64,000 bases of DNA from a virus. Lineage: Duplodnaviria; Caudoviricetes. The position numbers and the translations under genes were made by a program. Location: the IMG/VR virus record IMGVR_UViG_3300020419_001132. The stretch is one strand, 5' to 3'. A model generated the notes under the pieces. That model made no database searches. It was given only the letters and a program-made list of their open reading frames with translations, and was not told the origin of the DNA. Below, piece after piece: positions 20,090 through 29,983 of the stretch. Each line of letters begins with the position of its first letter. The stretch's first letter is position 1.

Positions 20090-21202
20090 ATGACCGAAGA
20101 TTTAAAATGGAGTAATTATGACTTTTCTAAAATACCATTTGACGACATTGTTAAGGTCGGCCAAAGGACGCTTCTATACAGAGATCTGTTTACTGTTAGT
20201 TGGCTTCTTGGTCGCTTTTGCAACTATCGTTGCAGTTATTGTTGGCCATACGCCAGATCAGATAAAAAAGATCACAGGCCCACACAGCTCGCTTATCATA
20301 CAATCGATGAGATAAAGAGGCAAGCACGTGACAACAATTTTAATTCTTTTCATTTTAGTCTTTCTGGTGGCGAGCCTACGTTTCACCCAGGATACCTTGA
20401 CATCCTTAAATATTTGGCTGATGATGTCGACAATACTAATTATACTAGTATACACATGACAAGTAATTGTTCGAGACCAATGAAGTGGTTTCGTACGTAT
20501 GTAGATTATGCAAAGCCGTTTCATCGTGCCAGCATAACTGCAAGCCTACATGTTGAACATGTAAATACAAAAGATAAGATGCAAGACTTTGCAGACAAGT
20601 TAAATTTATGTCAGGAGTACGATGTTCAAGTTACAATTAATCAGGTTATGGTTCCAGAACATTTTGAAAGAGATTGGGAAAATGCTCTTTTCTTTCACGA
20701 ACAAGGAATCAACGTTACCCTTAAACCTCAGTCGGATCCGACTGCGTCCAGAGTGGTTGATGGATACAAAGACGAAGATCTCAAAAGACTCTACAACGGA
20801 ATGCCGCAAAGAGCCTTCACCGAAACGAAACGTATTTGGAATAACCGTCCACGACCACAGTTTCAAGTTCCCGCAGGAATAACAGGAAAAAATGATGCTA
20901 GTGTGCCTTGGCATATGCAGGTTGAATTAGAAGATAGCAAAGGTAAAAAATGGTATATGGACCAAGCAGAACGGTTTAATGCCTTTAATTTTAACAATTT
21001 TGAAGGATGGGCATGTAACGCCGGTTACAGCGGAATAATAATACGGGAGCCTGACGGTTCGGTAAAAAGGAGTTATTCGTGCCATGATGTGCCCCTTGGT
21101 AACATCGAAACAGGTTTCGAGCTATTTAAGGCACCTAAACCTTGTATTACAAAAAGTTGCGTAAGTTCCGCCGATTCTAAAATACCAAAAAACAAGTACT
21201 AA
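20090..21202 (+). CDS. Radical SAM protein (group C)
   Basis: WLLGRFCNYRCSYC; SGGEPT; C-terminal CNAG..SCH..CITKSC. Confidence 0.9.
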   Translation: MTEDLKWSNYDFSKIPFDDIVKVGQRTLLYRDLFTVSWLLGRFCNYRCSYCWPYARSDKKDHRPTQLAYHTIDEIKRQARDNNFNSFHFSLSGGEPTFHPGYLDILKYLADDVDNTNYTSIHMTSNCSRPMKWFRTYVDYAKPFHRASITASLHVEHVNTKDKMQDFADKLNLCQEYDVQVTINQVMVPEHFERDWENALFFHEQGINVTLKPQSDPTASRVVDGYKDEDLKRLYNGMPQRAFTETKRIWNNRPRPQFQVPAGITGKNDASVPWHMQVELEDSKGKKWYMDQAERFNAFNFNNFEGWACNAGYSGIIIREPDGSVKRSYSCHDVPLGNIETGFELFKAPKPCITKSCVSSADSKIPKNKY

Positions 21203-21218
21203 CAAGTTAAATATTAAT

Positions 21219-21977
21219 ATGAGTCTAGTATGTGAAGAAATATTATCCTTAAGCACAGCAGTACGTACAAACGTGTTAGAAGATGTTAACCGTGCTGTAG
21301 AGGGCTTAAAATGCGATTTAGACGGTGTTTTAAAGTACTCTACTAATATAGTTGAGTGGTTAAAACCGGTTGTAGATCTGTCTAATTTCCATGTATATCC
21401 TATGAATGGAATAACGCAAGGACTAGATTGGTGGTACGATAAAGAGTCTAGATGCGTGGTTATGAAGCCAGGAGATTACCAATGGATATCTCCAAAAGGT
21501 GGATATGGAAGGGTATGTTACATCAGTGTACCGAGTGCTATTGATGGTAACTTTGTTGATATTCCAAAAGACAATCCTACAGTGGTTGACTTAGCTTATG
21601 TTGGAAGTACAAAAGTTAAAAAAATAAATATTCCAGAAAATACACAATTTGCATTTTATAGTTTTAGTAAACCGTTTGGCATTAGGAATGTAAGAACAGG
21701 ATGGATTTTTACAAAGAAACCCGATCTTAGATTAGAAGCACTTACCCATAGTGCAAAGTACTACAATTATCATGCTCATAATATTGCAGAAACTATAATT
21801 AATAATTTTGATATTGATTATGTTTGGAACCAATTAAAAGAAAAACAAAAAGTCGTATGTGAAAAATATAGCTTTACACCAAGTGATAGTGTTTGGTTAG
21901 CATCTACACAAGATCCAGCTTACGATAAATTTAAAAGAGGGGAACGTGCCAGGTTATGTCTCGCACCGTGTTATTAG
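21219..21977 (+). CDS. PLP-dependent aminotransferase-like protein (class I/II, short)
   Basis: VVDLAYV and SFSKPFGIRNVRTGW (PLP-lysine motif). Confidence 0.7.
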   Translation: MSLVCEEILSLSTAVRTNVLEDVNRAVEGLKCDLDGVLKYSTNIVEWLKPVVDLSNFHVYPMNGITQGLDWWYDKESRCVVMKPGDYQWISPKGGYGRVCYISVPSAIDGNFVDIPKDNPTVVDLAYVGSTKVKKINIPENTQFAFYSFSKPFGIRNVRTGWIFTKKPDLRLEALTHSAKYYNYHAHNIAETIINNFDIDYVWNQLKEKQKVVCEKYSFTPSDSVWLASTQDPAYDKFKRGERARLCLAPCY

Positions 21978-23476
21978 GAACTATCTCAAGTGTATATCAC
22001 GACTGGGTACCATACCCGGTTGGTTGCCTAATCTCTCACTGTCTAAAAAATCCTAAAATAAAAAAAGAATACAAATTTCTTGAACCTTTATATAAGAATA
22101 AATGGGATAATCAAGAAACCCACGATAAATTAAAACAAGCAGATATATTAGGTTTAACCTGTTATGTTTGGAATCAAAATGCAAATGATGAAATAGCTCA
22201 AATATTTAAACAGTACAATCCTGCAGGTATTGTTGTGTACGGAGGACCTAACGTACCAGAAGAAAATTTACAAGAATTTAAACGTAACTATGTAGATCAT
22301 TACATGACAGGCCCTGGAGAATTACAATGGGAAAAATTATTAGATCCTGCTAGTGATAGCGAATATGCAATACCAACTCCTTACACTGACGGAATATTTG
22401 ATAATATTTTAAAACACGAAGATGATATTGCTGTTGCATTTGAAACAAACAGAGGATGTCCATATCACTGTGCATTTTGTGATTGGGGAGGAGTCAGTCG
22501 TAGTAAAATTACAAAACTTAAAGATGCCGCAGTAAAAGAAACTATAGAACACGTATTAAGTTTTGACAAAGTAAAACGTTTAGAAATACTAGATGCAAAC
22601 TATGGTATATTTCCAAGAGATGTGGATTTTGTACAGCATATAGTCGATAATAAAAAACGTGATGATATGTTATTAACCTTTGCAGGATTTGCTAAAAATG
22701 GATCGCCATACCTTCCTGATATAATGAATTTAACAATGGATAATTTTAACGACAAGTTAAGGAATGTAAAAATAAGTTTGCAGACATTAACGCCTGATGT
22801 GTTAGATACAATACAAAGAAAAAATATTTCTACAGATAAATTACTCCGTATCATGGATCAGTTGAGAGATATAAAAGTAAATTCAGAACTTATAATAGGC
22901 TTGCCTGGAGAAACAGCAAGTAGTTGGGCTGATACTTTGTTCAAACATCCTGAGTTAGGAATAGATTTTGCTAGAGCATACCCGTTATACGTATTGCCTA
23001 ATACGCCTATGGCTACACAAGATTATAGAACTAAACACAAAATAAAAACTAAAAAAATTAATTTGCCTAATAAAGAAACGTTTGAAATGATATATGAGTG
23101 TAGTAGTTATGATTTAGATGAAATTACACAAATATATTTAAACTGGTGGTACTTTAACACTTTTTATAATTTTGGTATAGATAAAACTATTACAAAAGAT
23201 ACTATGAATGACTTTTTTGCAAATTTAAAAGATACGCCTTTTATGAGTTGTTGTGTAGAAGAAGTAAGAAATATATTACACAGAATATTCAAACCAGAGG
23301 ACGAAATGTTGTTAGAAGGATATGATTATAACTTTTTACATAAACAGCTAGGCAGAGGAAAAGAATTGTTATACATGAAGAAACACAACAAGACAGTACA
23401 ACAAGAACTAGGAATAAAGTTTGACATAAAAAATGATGATAAAGAACTAGGGAGCGCCTTTGCGTATATAAAATGA
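21956..23476 (+). CDS. Cobalamin-binding radical SAM protein (class B methylase type)
   Basis: N-terminal B12-binding-like region (LGLTCYVWN, YGGPNV); RGCPYHCAFCDWG; ELIIGLPGET. Confidence 0.85.
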   Translation: MSRTVLLGTISSVYHDWVPYPVGCLISHCLKNPKIKKEYKFLEPLYKNKWDNQETHDKLKQADILGLTCYVWNQNANDEIAQIFKQYNPAGIVVYGGPNVPEENLQEFKRNYVDHYMTGPGELQWEKLLDPASDSEYAIPTPYTDGIFDNILKHEDDIAVAFETNRGCPYHCAFCDWGGVSRSKITKLKDAAVKETIEHVLSFDKVKRLEILDANYGIFPRDVDFVQHIVDNKKRDDMLLTFAGFAKNGSPYLPDIMNLTMDNFNDKLRNVKISLQTLTPDVLDTIQRKNISTDKLLRIMDQLRDIKVNSELIIGLPGETASSWADTLFKHPELGIDFARAYPLYVLPNTPMATQDYRTKHKIKTKKINLPNKETFEMIYECSSYDLDEITQIYLNWWYFNTFYNFGIDKTITKDTMNDFFANLKDTPFMSCCVEEVRNILHRIFKPEDEMLLEGYDYNFLHKQLGRGKELLYMKKHNKTVQQELGIKFDIKNDDKELGSAFAYIK

Positions 23477-24138
23477 AAGACGTAATTTTTACACCATTAG
23501 CAATTCCACCAATACCAGAAAAACAAAAAGTATTAGATAGATTTAATGCTCCAGATTTTTATGTTTGGTGGGACGAAGAAACACTATTAGGAGAAAAAGA
23601 AAATAACAATCCATTAGGACATCCTCAACAATGGACAGATAATGCAAGAAATAACTATCCAGAACTTATAGATTGGGTTGAAACTTACATTCCTTGCGAC
23701 GAATGGTATTACATACGTATAGCAAGAGCTAAGGAAGAGATACCTCCACACGTAGATGGCAACTCTGTAAATCCTACACATAAGCACCATCTTGCAATAC
23801 TTCCAGAAGCACTAGAATATAATATGAAACACGAGCCAATAGGATATAGATTTGTTATAGCAGGTAGCAAAGACAAAATGTACATGTGTAAAGAACATGA
23901 TTACTCTAAAGATATGACATGGCAGGAAAAACATATGTGTATTGTCCCTGAAGATACAGATGCATTTGTTATTAGAAACCAAGACCAAGCACATGGTGTT
24001 GAAGCTGATACAGATGATCGATTAATAGGTTTTATACTAGGAAAAGTAAATGCCAAAAAACATTGGGACCTAATAGAAAAGAGTGTAAGTACATACAGCG
24101 ATAAAGTGATAAGGAAACAAGATGTATTCAATGCATGA
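23473..24138 (+). CDS. Fe(II)/2OG-type oxygenase (AspH-like DSBH)
   Basis: IPPHVDG...AHGV...RLIGF (HxD...H...R). Confidence 0.65.
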   Translation: MKDVIFTPLAIPPIPEKQKVLDRFNAPDFYVWWDEETLLGEKENNNPLGHPQQWTDNARNNYPELIDWVETYIPCDEWYYIRIARAKEEIPPHVDGNSVNPTHKHHLAILPEALEYNMKHEPIGYRFVIAGSKDKMYMCKEHDYSKDMTWQEKHMCIVPEDTDAFVIRNQDQAHGVEADTDDRLIGFILGKVNAKKHWDLIEKSVSTYSDKVIRKQDVFNA

Positions 24139-24706
24139 TGGTATGGACACAAGCATACATTTAGAAGTAGCTGAAAGGCTTAATCCTAGCACCTGTGTAG
24201 AAGTAGGCACTTATTACGGAGGTATAACTTACAAACTATGTAAAGCATTACCCCATTGTCATTTTTTTGCAGTCCAGGCATACCACGATCATAAACTTAA
24301 TCACATGCCGGATACAATAAGAGGAGAATACAGCCAAGGAGTAGCTGATAAGACAAAAAGCATTAATCTAGATCCTAGCTTGAAAAACCAAGATTGGAAA
24401 AGAGCAGTAGCACAAAATTTTCCTCCTGAATATCATGATTATTTTGATTTTAATTTATTAGTAAAAACATTCCAAGATTGTAACAATGTAAGCATAATAT
24501 TAGATACAAGTCCATTTAAATGGCAGTTTCCTGAAGTAGATTTAACTATTTTTGATTTATCTCCATTACTAGAAGAGAATATAAAACAGTATGAATTTTG
24601 GAAAAATAAAAGTAAAAATATTTTAGTAGGAGCATATAATCATCAACAAGAGTTTATTGATTATGCAGGCGGAGCAAAAATGAGAAAGGATTATGTATTG
24701 GTATGA
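24122..24706 (+). CDS. Class I SAM methyltransferase-like protein
   Basis: CVEVGTYYGG motif I. Confidence 0.55.
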   Translation: MYSMHDGMDTSIHLEVAERLNPSTCVEVGTYYGGITYKLCKALPHCHFFAVQAYHDHKLNHMPDTIRGEYSQGVADKTKSINLDPSLKNQDWKRAVAQNFPPEYHDYFDFNLLVKTFQDCNNVSIILDTSPFKWQFPEVDLTIFDLSPLLEENIKQYEFWKNKSKNILVGAYNHQQEFIDYAGGAKMRKDYVLV

Positions 24707-25416
24707 CAAAGAATTATCACGAAGCAGTTGGCTTTTATCAAACATATGAATTAAATGTAGATTTTGTTGAAAGAGTAAGAGAAGAGATTACACCTTTTTT
24801 TGAAAATTATGTTGTTGATGATGTAGCACAAGGAGGATGGGGTAGCGGTTATGTGCCTTTTGAAGATTGCGGTCCTTGGACACACAAGTTTATAGATTTG
24901 TTTAAAGGCAACTTTTTAAGTAATATAAGATTAAGTGCTTTCAGTCCAACAAATAGTTATGATTGGCATATTGGTATAGAGAAAGAAAACAATAAATGGA
25001 AACAGGGTGGTGAGAACGAAGAACCGGAAATTTATCCTTATCAAGTTAAATGTAGCACACTAAATGTTTTTTGTAGTCCTTCTATAGGTGATAGAACATT
25101 GTTTGCAACCGATATGGATATGCCTCCTTATAGAGGATATTATATTGGATATGGCACCAAAAAGAAGATGCTTGTAATAGATGAAATGGTTGTAGATAGA
25201 AATCCTGTTATTTTAAATACAGGGCTATGGCATAAAATAGATGCAAGTGGAGAAAGAAACATGGCTAGTTTTCTGTTTACTCCTTATCTTAGTTTTGCAG
25301 GATTAGTAGCATATTGTAGAGAAGTAGGATTATTGATCGAAAGGACTAATCCTATTATACCTTATTACGAAGAAGATTGGGAAGACAAGTATATGCAAGG
25401 AAGAAAATTTGACTAA
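24703..25416 (+). CDS. Fe(II)/2OG-type DSBH enzyme with HxG motif
   Basis: WHIG...NTGLWHKI...RNMASF; paralogue of the next ORF. Confidence 0.55.
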   Translation: MTKNYHEAVGFYQTYELNVDFVERVREEITPFFENYVVDDVAQGGWGSGYVPFEDCGPWTHKFIDLFKGNFLSNIRLSAFSPTNSYDWHIGIEKENNKWKQGGENEEPEIYPYQVKCSTLNVFCSPSIGDRTLFATDMDMPPYRGYYIGYGTKKKMLVIDEMVVDRNPVILNTGLWHKIDASGERNMASFLFTPYLSFAGLVAYCREVGLLIERTNPIIPYYEEDWEDKYMQGRKFD

Positions 25417-25999
25417 TTGTGCATATAATTTAAATATTGATGTTACTGATCTTAGAAAAGAATTATTAGAGTATCAAAAGACACTTTCTTATACTAAAGA
25501 AGATTGGGGTAGCTTATTTGTAGAAAGAGAAAAATTAGGAAAACATACAGAAAATTTTTATAAAATACTTCCTAATTGTTTTTTAAGTAAAATAAGATTT
25601 ATAGATTATACACAATTTGACGAAGAAAATCCCCATTTATATCATATAGATGTTGATGTAGCTAATCAAGGTTATTATGATGGTGAGATACATCACATGC
25701 AGATTAGACAAGCATCAATTAACATTTTACTTTCAGGCAATGAGAATATAGAAACATTATTTGCTGTAGATCTTGAAAGTGAATATAGTGACAAGCTACA
25801 TTATTTCAAAGAAAGAAATATGAAAGTTGTCGATAGAAAAAAAGCTACTAAGTTTCCAATGCTTATTAATACAGGAATGTGGCATAAGTCAGATCCAATT
25901 GATAACACAAGAAAGCTAGCCAGTTTTATATTTCATCCTTTTGTATCATTTATTGAAGCAAGAGAAAGGTGCAAACATAAAGGAGTATTAATAGAATGA
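25409..25999 (+). CDS. Fe(II)/2OG-type DSBH oxygenase
   Basis: YHID...NTGMWHKS...RKLASF. Confidence 0.6.
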   Translation: MTNCAYNLNIDVTDLRKELLEYQKTLSYTKEDWGSLFVEREKLGKHTENFYKILPNCFLSKIRFIDYTQFDEENPHLYHIDVDVANQGYYDGEIHHMQIRQASINILLSGNENIETLFAVDLESEYSDKLHYFKERNMKVVDRKKATKFPMLINTGMWHKSDPIDNTRKLASFIFHPFVSFIEARERCKHKGVLIE

Positions 26000-26607
26000 A
26001 AAAGAATCAATTACCTAGTATACATAATTTAAATTTAGATATAGATCTAAAAACATTGCAAAATGAATGTGATAAACTTGCAGAAAAATTTGTTGATGTA
26101 AAAACTGCAAATCCAATGTTGTGTGATAATCATATGGAATTGGTTGCAGATGTATATGATAATTTTGAACAAATAAATCTAACAACTCCGAGCGAAATAC
26201 TGCCTTATACTGCTAGTATAAAAGAAAGACTAAAACGTAAGGAAGAACACTTATACAATATTCCTACAGAAGATTACACAGGAAGTTATTTTGAAAAAAT
26301 TGTTACACAACTTAAAGCACCTGCAAGTAGAATACGTATAACAAAATTAGCACCAGGAAAAAATATTCCGTTTCATGTTGATTATGATGTCAGTTATGCT
26401 GTAAGATGTATAGTTCCAATTTACGGAGATAAGCAAGTAATTAATTTATTCAAGCGTGACGGAAAGTTAGAAGCCTATAATCTAGATAGTGGAAATGCAT
26501 ATTTTTTAAATATCGGATATCCACATGCTGTTATTAACATGAGTACAAAACCAAGAATTGCACTTATGTTTAGTTTAAATGGTACTGAAGATCTAGAATC
26601 AATATGA
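25996..26607 (+). CDS. Aspartyl/asparaginyl beta-hydroxylase-like oxygenase
   Basis: RIRITKLAPGKNIPFHVDYD...FLNIGYPHAVIN...RIALM. Confidence 0.75.
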   Translation: MKKNQLPSIHNLNLDIDLKTLQNECDKLAEKFVDVKTANPMLCDNHMELVADVYDNFEQINLTTPSEILPYTASIKERLKRKEEHLYNIPTEDYTGSYFEKIVTQLKAPASRIRITKLAPGKNIPFHVDYDVSYAVRCIVPIYGDKQVINLFKRDGKLEAYNLDSGNAYFLNIGYPHAVINMSTKPRIALMFSLNGTEDLESI

Positions 26608-27149
26608 TTATATTTCCAGATAGGATTTTTATTCTTATTCCTAAGTGTGGCTGTAACAGTATTATGAGTATGTATGGTGTAAATCCTTGGGCAAAACATA
26701 GACAACATATTGAAAATAAAGAGGAAGCAGTTTTATATTTAAAAGGAGATTATCCCCATATGCCTGTTAGTCAGATTCCAGAAAGATTTTCTTATCTGCC
26801 TACAGAAGCGATAGTCAGAAACCCTTGGCATAGAACTGTAAGTAGATATTTTTATCTACAAAAAATGAACGACTTCGAAATGAGTTTTGAAGAATTTGTA
26901 AAAAGTAAGTATATACATCCTATGTACAAACAAGATCCTGATTATGCCAAATGGGGTAGTGTAAGTTGGACACAACAGATTGAATGGATTGACGATAATA
27001 CAAAGGTACATAAATTTGAAGAGTATGATTTTACGTTACATGAAAATAAATCACATAGTCGAGATTTTGAAAGTATGTATAATAACGAGTTATATAAAAT
27101 AGTAGGAGATTATTACATAAAAGATGTAGAAAGGTTTAATTATGTATAA
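26604..27149 (+). CDS. Sulfotransferase (Sulfotransfer_2-like)
   Basis: IPKCGCNS 5'-PSB-like motif; IVRNPWHRTVSRY 3'-PB motif. Confidence 0.7.
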   Translation: MIIFPDRIFILIPKCGCNSIMSMYGVNPWAKHRQHIENKEEAVLYLKGDYPHMPVSQIPERFSYLPTEAIVRNPWHRTVSRYFYLQKMNDFEMSFEEFVKSKYIHPMYKQDPDYAKWGSVSWTQQIEWIDDNTKVHKFEEYDFTLHENKSHSRDFESMYNNELYKIVGDYYIKDVERFNYV

Positions 27150-27729
27150 AAGTTGTTATGAAGTAGATGTTAAATTGCCAGATGATTATGTAGATAAGGC
27201 ATTAAAAGCATTTCACGAAAGATTGCCGGAGGCTTATACAGATAGAGCACCTGATGCCCATATAGATGAGTATCCCGAATTGTTTGAAATATTTGGAGAT
27301 ATGAAAGGTTGGTTTGCACCAAAGGTTAGATTGCTTAACCACACTCCTAACGAACTAGGGACAACGGCACCACACTTTGATGTCAATGAGCATTGGCAAT
27401 ATGAAGATATGGATAGATTTATTAAAATTGAAGCAAGTTTGAATGTTCCATTATTTGCCCCAGAAGGCGTTGTTACACGTTGGTATCAACAAAAGAATCC
27501 AGATGTTATACACCCATATGACTTTTGGGAAGGTAAAAAATATGAAATGCGAACAGTAGATGAATTTGAAATTACAAATAAGCCTGTATTGTTTAGAACA
27601 GGTATTTGGCATGCTGTAGAAAAATCAGACAGCAAACGCACTATGCTAAGTTTCAGTGCAAGATATGGTATCGATTGGGATACTTTTGTAAATTGTTGGA
27701 GAGACAGCGGATTACTTATTGAGCGTTAG
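27142..27729 (+). CDS. Fe(II)/2OG-type DSBH oxygenase
   Basis: APHFD...FRTGIWHAV...RTMLSF. Confidence 0.6.
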   Translation: MYKSCYEVDVKLPDDYVDKALKAFHERLPEAYTDRAPDAHIDEYPELFEIFGDMKGWFAPKVRLLNHTPNELGTTAPHFDVNEHWQYEDMDRFIKIEASLNVPLFAPEGVVTRWYQQKNPDVIHPYDFWEGKKYEMRTVDEFEITNKPVLFRTGIWHAVEKSDSKRTMLSFSARYGIDWDTFVNCWRDSGLLIER

Positions 27730-28276
27730 ACTCGCCCTTCCAGCGTAAAAATGGTTCTTCACTTGCAAAAGGCCAACCACTAATATTTAATCTATCACCA
27801 GTACAGTTATCTACTTCATGTAGTATGTCTACATGCATACATACAAGCCTATTTCGTTTAGGTAATATGCTTATACCATCGACACGTAAAGCACCATCAG
27901 TTTCGTCTGTCAGGTATAACATGTATGTCCAATCACCGTATATTTTATGATCCTCTATATGTGGAGCACAGAAACTTCTTTCTGGTTCAAACTTTTTTGC
28001 AAACAGTTGCAGGGGATTAAGTTTTTCTGTTGGAAGATCTAAACCTATTACATTGCCTATTTTTTTCAACAAAGGATAACGCAAGTCACTTCGCCTAAGT
28101 TCTGTGCGTAGCATATACCAATCATAGTCTGTTTTTTCTTCCATTACATGATTACAGTCTTCATTGTTTAATGAAATAGTTTCAGCTCCGGTAACTAACT
28201 TTGTAAGATCTGTAATTAATTCTTCTTCTAAAAAATTATCACAAATTATTAATGTATCAAACTCAGTTCTTAGCAT
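27716..28276 (-). CDS. 2OG-Fe(II) oxygenase (prolyl-4-hydroxylase-like)
   Basis: APHIED..YMLYL..LHEV..RLNISGW. Confidence 0.7.
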   Translation of the reverse strand: MLRTEFDTLIICDNFLEEELITDLTKLVTGAETISLNNEDCNHVMEEKTDYDWYMLRTELRRSDLRYPLLKKIGNVIGLDLPTEKLNPLQLFAKKFEPERSFCAPHIEDHKIYGDWTYMLYLTDETDGALRVDGISILPKRNRLVCMHVDILHEVDNCTGDRLNISGWPFASEEPFLRWKGESNAQ

Positions 28277-29336
28277 AATTTAATTCCTTTGTATTCCAAT
28301 TTTTTCCATATCCACTACTGTATTCAAATTTTTGCCCACATGTCCTTCCACATGTATATATTCTTTTATATTTGTCATCAGGATTATTCCAGGATCTTTC
28401 TAAATAAGTTTGGAAAAATTCGTTTTGTAAAACATTCCAACCATATTTTCTCATATCATTAAAATCTTCGCCATACAAGTCTAAAAAATATTTAAAACTT
28501 TCCCATTGTTTAGTATGCCTTTTGTCGGCAAAATATTTAGGACCACCAAACCAACAGCATGGCCATAGGCGCATATCCATATCAATAAATAATCTAAAAT
28601 CTTTTTTAAACTTACAAGTGATATCTGTATTTGCAACATAATCATCAAAGTTTTTGTATTGAGAAAGTACAGAAGAAAAGTCTTGTGTTACGTGACTGTC
28701 TTTATTTTTTACCGTATTGCCTTTTCTAGTTTTAACTTGCGTTTTTGTATCTTGAAATCTAGCAGTATATTTTACAGTAAAATTGGTAAATCCTAATTTA
28801 CTTGCTAATTTTTCTGCATCATCTATTTGATGATAATTATGTGCAAACTCTATAAATTGCCATTCTGCTTTCCCACCAGCTTTTATATAAGCAGTTGCAT
28901 TTTCAATAATTTTTTCGAAATTACTTCCTATTCTATACAAATGATTAGTATCTTTTAATCCGTCTATTGAAAATACTACAGATAGTTTTTCTTTGCCGTT
29001 ATTAGCTAAGTCAGTCCACCACTTAGGTTTCCTAGCACTACCATTTGTTTCTATTCTCATTGTTCTTGTAAAATCTAAACTGTATAAAAAAGTTTCTTCA
29101 AAGGTCGGACTTGCTATTATATCTCCAAAGTTTCCACAATGAATAATTTGGTCTAATTTATTATTTGTAAAAGGTTCTAATATAATTTTATAATCTTGTA
29201 AAGTTAAATCAGTGATTGGCATACCTGGATTTACTTTTTGATCTTTACTTACCCTGCCACATTGTGGACACATTAAATTACATCTGCTTGTATGATCAAG
29301 CATTAATTTTTTAATGTATGAAGTATTAGTAAACAT
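28263..29336 (-). CDS. Radical SAM protein, C-terminal twitch-like domain (group A)
   Basis: CNLMCPQC; CGNFGD; PCCW..CGRTC; likely start 29336 (TAATG overlap). Confidence 0.9.
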   Translation of the reverse strand: MFTNTSYIKKLMLDHTSRCNLMCPQCGRVSKDQKVNPGMPITDLTLQDYKIILEPFTNNKLDQIIHCGNFGDIIASPTFEETFLYSLDFTRTMRIETNGSARKPKWWTDLANNGKEKLSVVFSIDGLKDTNHLYRIGSNFEKIIENATAYIKAGGKAEWQFIEFAHNYHQIDDAEKLASKLGFTNFTVKYTARFQDTKTQVKTRKGNTVKNKDSHVTQDFSSVLSQYKNFDDYVANTDITCKFKKDFRLFIDMDMRLWPCCWFGGPKYFADKRHTKQWESFKYFLDLYGEDFNDMRKYGWNVLQNEFFQTYLERSWNNPDDKYKRIYTCGRTCGQKFEYSSGYGKNWNTKELNYAKN

Positions 29337-29983
29337 TATTTTATAAGTGCAAATTTCTTGCAGTCGTCCCAACTTTCAGTATCGTAAGGTATATGGGCAA
29401 CTACTCGCCAATGATCAGTAGGATTCACAACCTGATGAAACTGATGTCTATTAAAGATAGCAGGCTTTTCGTGTAAACAATATTCTACAGCAACTTCTTC
29501 GTCTGGTATTTCTGATAATTCTGGCCTGCCTTTAATATAATTATAGCTGTCTATATATCTATTATCTTCTGGATCGTGCCAATGTGCATACTTTGTTATG
29601 CTTTGTTCATCAGTGCCTATTAATGGTAACATTAAGGCACCTGCATGCCAATCAGGTGAAGGAGCAGGATGTCTGTGCGGGACAAATATAGGAGTTATTT
29701 CTGGACATGTAACAAAAAACATAACATCAGATACAAGATGAAACTTAGGTATTAATCTTTGCCATTCGTTGTATTCAGGTAAATGCATAATTTGTCCAAT
29801 ACGAACTTTTGTCCACATTCTGGCTCTATAAAATGCATCATTGCGTTCAAAATGTTTTTTAAAGTAATCGGTTCTTGGTTGGTTAGTGACTAAGCTAGGA
29901 CATATATTAAATATATCTCTACACATCCTTTGCATTAACGTATAATCTTCACTCCATTCAAGTTCTATTATAAAATCATCCAT
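29336..29983 (-). CDS. Fe(II)/2OG-type DSBH oxygenase-like protein
   Basis: PHRH...FNRHQFHQVVN...RVVAH. Confidence 0.5.
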   Translation of the reverse strand: MDDFIIELEWSEDYTLMQRMCRDIFNICPSLVTNQPRTDYFKKHFERNDAFYRARMWTKVRIGQIMHLPEYNEWQRLIPKFHLVSDVMFFVTCPEITPIFVPHRHPAPSPDWHAGALMLPLIGTDEQSITKYAHWHDPEDNRYIDSYNYIKGRPELSEIPDEEVAVEYCLHEKPAIFNRHQFHQVVNPTDHWRVVAHIPYDTESWDDCKKFALIK

